Part shown: positions 62,727 to 64,000 of the stretch, in pieces | Layout: each line of letters begins with the position of its first letter | Position numbering within the stretch: the stretch's first letter is position 1 | From: Trichosphaerium sp. ATCC 40318 | Lineage: Eukaryota > Protista > Tubulinea | Reading direction: 5' to 3' | Length of the DNA stretch: 64,000 nucleotides | Assembly (NCBI GenBank): GCA_038496445.1 | Contig: JALMLS010000479.1 | Location: 1-64,000, forward strand | The notes under the pieces: model-generated | Seen by the model: only the letters and a program-made list of their open reading frames with translations | The model's database searches: none | What the model was told of the DNA's origin: nothing | Made by a program: the position numbers and the translations under genes

Positions 62727-64000
62727 TTATGGTTGTCCAAATCTTGCATTCCACATTCGTTGGTTCCGTTCTGTTCTCCTTTCGGTGCAGGTTGTTGTTA
62801 TACTTGGTGCTTCTGTAGTTGGCGGTTCTGTAGACATTGGTGGTCCTGTAGTTGGCGGTTCTGTTGACATTGGTGGTTCTGTTGACATTGGTCCTAGGTT
62901 TTGATATCAGCATGCTGATGCTAAGTAGTCTGTTGTTTAGTTACCGAAATCAATGATAATTGATGCTGGATCAACAGTAATAGATGCTGTCATTGGACAT
63001 GATGGACACATCACATTTCCTGGTACGTCTACAAACTGTCCCATTGTCATTGTATTTGTTGCAATAGTTACCTGTCCTGAGGGCATTATACCATCAGAGA
63101 GTACTATTTCAACATTGATAGTCCCAGCAAGATTCCATGCCTAAACATAACATTACTCATTGTTTCTATTGTTAGAGTGACACATACACCAACAACATTC
63201 AAAACACCTTGTATCATTCCCATTTCAAAGTGTAGTTGTATTGTACTAACACCACTAAACGAGTTGGTGAGATATAAGAATACAACAGTACAATAAAATA
63301 CTATTGTCACGTGCCTAAATGTAACGTCTCCATTGAAATCAAGATCAGACTCTAATGATAAATTCAAAGGTCCTGTTACTGGTGACGTTGTCTCTACAGT
63401 CCGTGTTGGAGCACTTGAAGTACTTGTAATCATAATCACGTTTGATAGAACCGTTTGGTCAATTGTTATCTGTCCTGCTTCAATAACAACTCTTGAACCA
63501 GTATCAAGGTTGGAAACTTGATGATTTCCTTGACGAATACGGAGAATACCTGGTCCCATCATATTTACTCTGTGTAACAGTCAACTATACAAGCGTGTTG
63601 AGTATTCACGTGCCCCATATTACCGTATGTTTGAGCGGTTGGAGTGTCGACTATCAGCTCATTTTGGTTTGTTGTAAAGGTAAGGCTAATCAGATTTTCA
63701 TTTGTGGTTGTAATTGTCAGCTATTAAACAGTTAGGAGGATACATAAAAACATATTACATACCTTGGAAGAACCATCAAGTACGAAGTTGTCGCCTTCAG
63801 CGGTACCTGTTGTAACATCAACATCTTCTACAGCAAGGTCCCCAGTTACTGGTCCTTTTAAGCTCACCTGTAATATGTATAAGTTGACATAGGATACGGC
63901 AACACACCAAGGTAAGAGCAAAAGTCGATAAAATGCGAGTTGGACTCTGTGCATCTATTGACAAGCCACTAATGTCATTTGTTTCGAAAGAAAGACGAGT
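62727..64000 (-). CDS. Paralog of the 47020-49576 gene (3' part only; runs off the window) with a Pro/Thr-rich insertion
   Basis: Near-identical exons (MMGPGILRIRQGNHQVSNL..). After splicing, the last exon reads GPMSTEPPMSTEPPTTGPPMSTEPPTTEAPSITTTCTERRTERNQRMWNARFGQP*. Confidence 0.8.
62790..62893 (-). repeat. Coding minisatellite (MSTEPP/TTxPP units)
   Basis: Repeated ccaatgtc(a/t)acagaacc and gccaactacag units. Confidence 0.85.

Noticed and set aside
62686-62913. N/R/T-rich 75-aa ORF from the track
   Set aside because: Wrong frame of the minisatellite; splicing and the paralog support the MSTEPP frame ending at 62727.

Overview
Eukaryotic, AT-rich, gene-dense genomic DNA with many short (mostly ~45-110 nt) introns, consistent with a protist. 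The gene content looks amoebozoan-like, but the organism cannot be identified from the sequence alone. The first ~3.6 kb has no intact gene: it holds three palindromic repeat families, degenerate telomere-like repeats, a CpG-depleted tract and probable decayed minus-strand exons. Conserved genes follow: a divergent RBX1, anamorsin/DRE2, a CaMK1/MLCK-like kinase, a family C GPCR, a WD40/DCAF-like protein and UTP14. They are interleaved with a fast-turnover set of F-box genes carrying different C-terminal modules (LRR; LRR+ankyrin+FxFG; MORN-variant repeats; a Hint/Vint autoprocessing domain) plus many decayed copies. The top candidate for a new system is an F-box-beta-domain-Hint(Vint) protein (51181-52237) with intact Cys1 and TxxH residues, i.e. 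a predicted self-cleaving, thioester-forming SCF adaptor. Other unusual architectures are a TPR fused to a DHDPS-like barrel lacking the Schiff-base Lys, DEP-START, an LPMO-MORN chimeric pseudogene and a secreted RTX-repeat protein with regular cysteines. All exon structures and family calls were made by eye from motifs; no searches were run.
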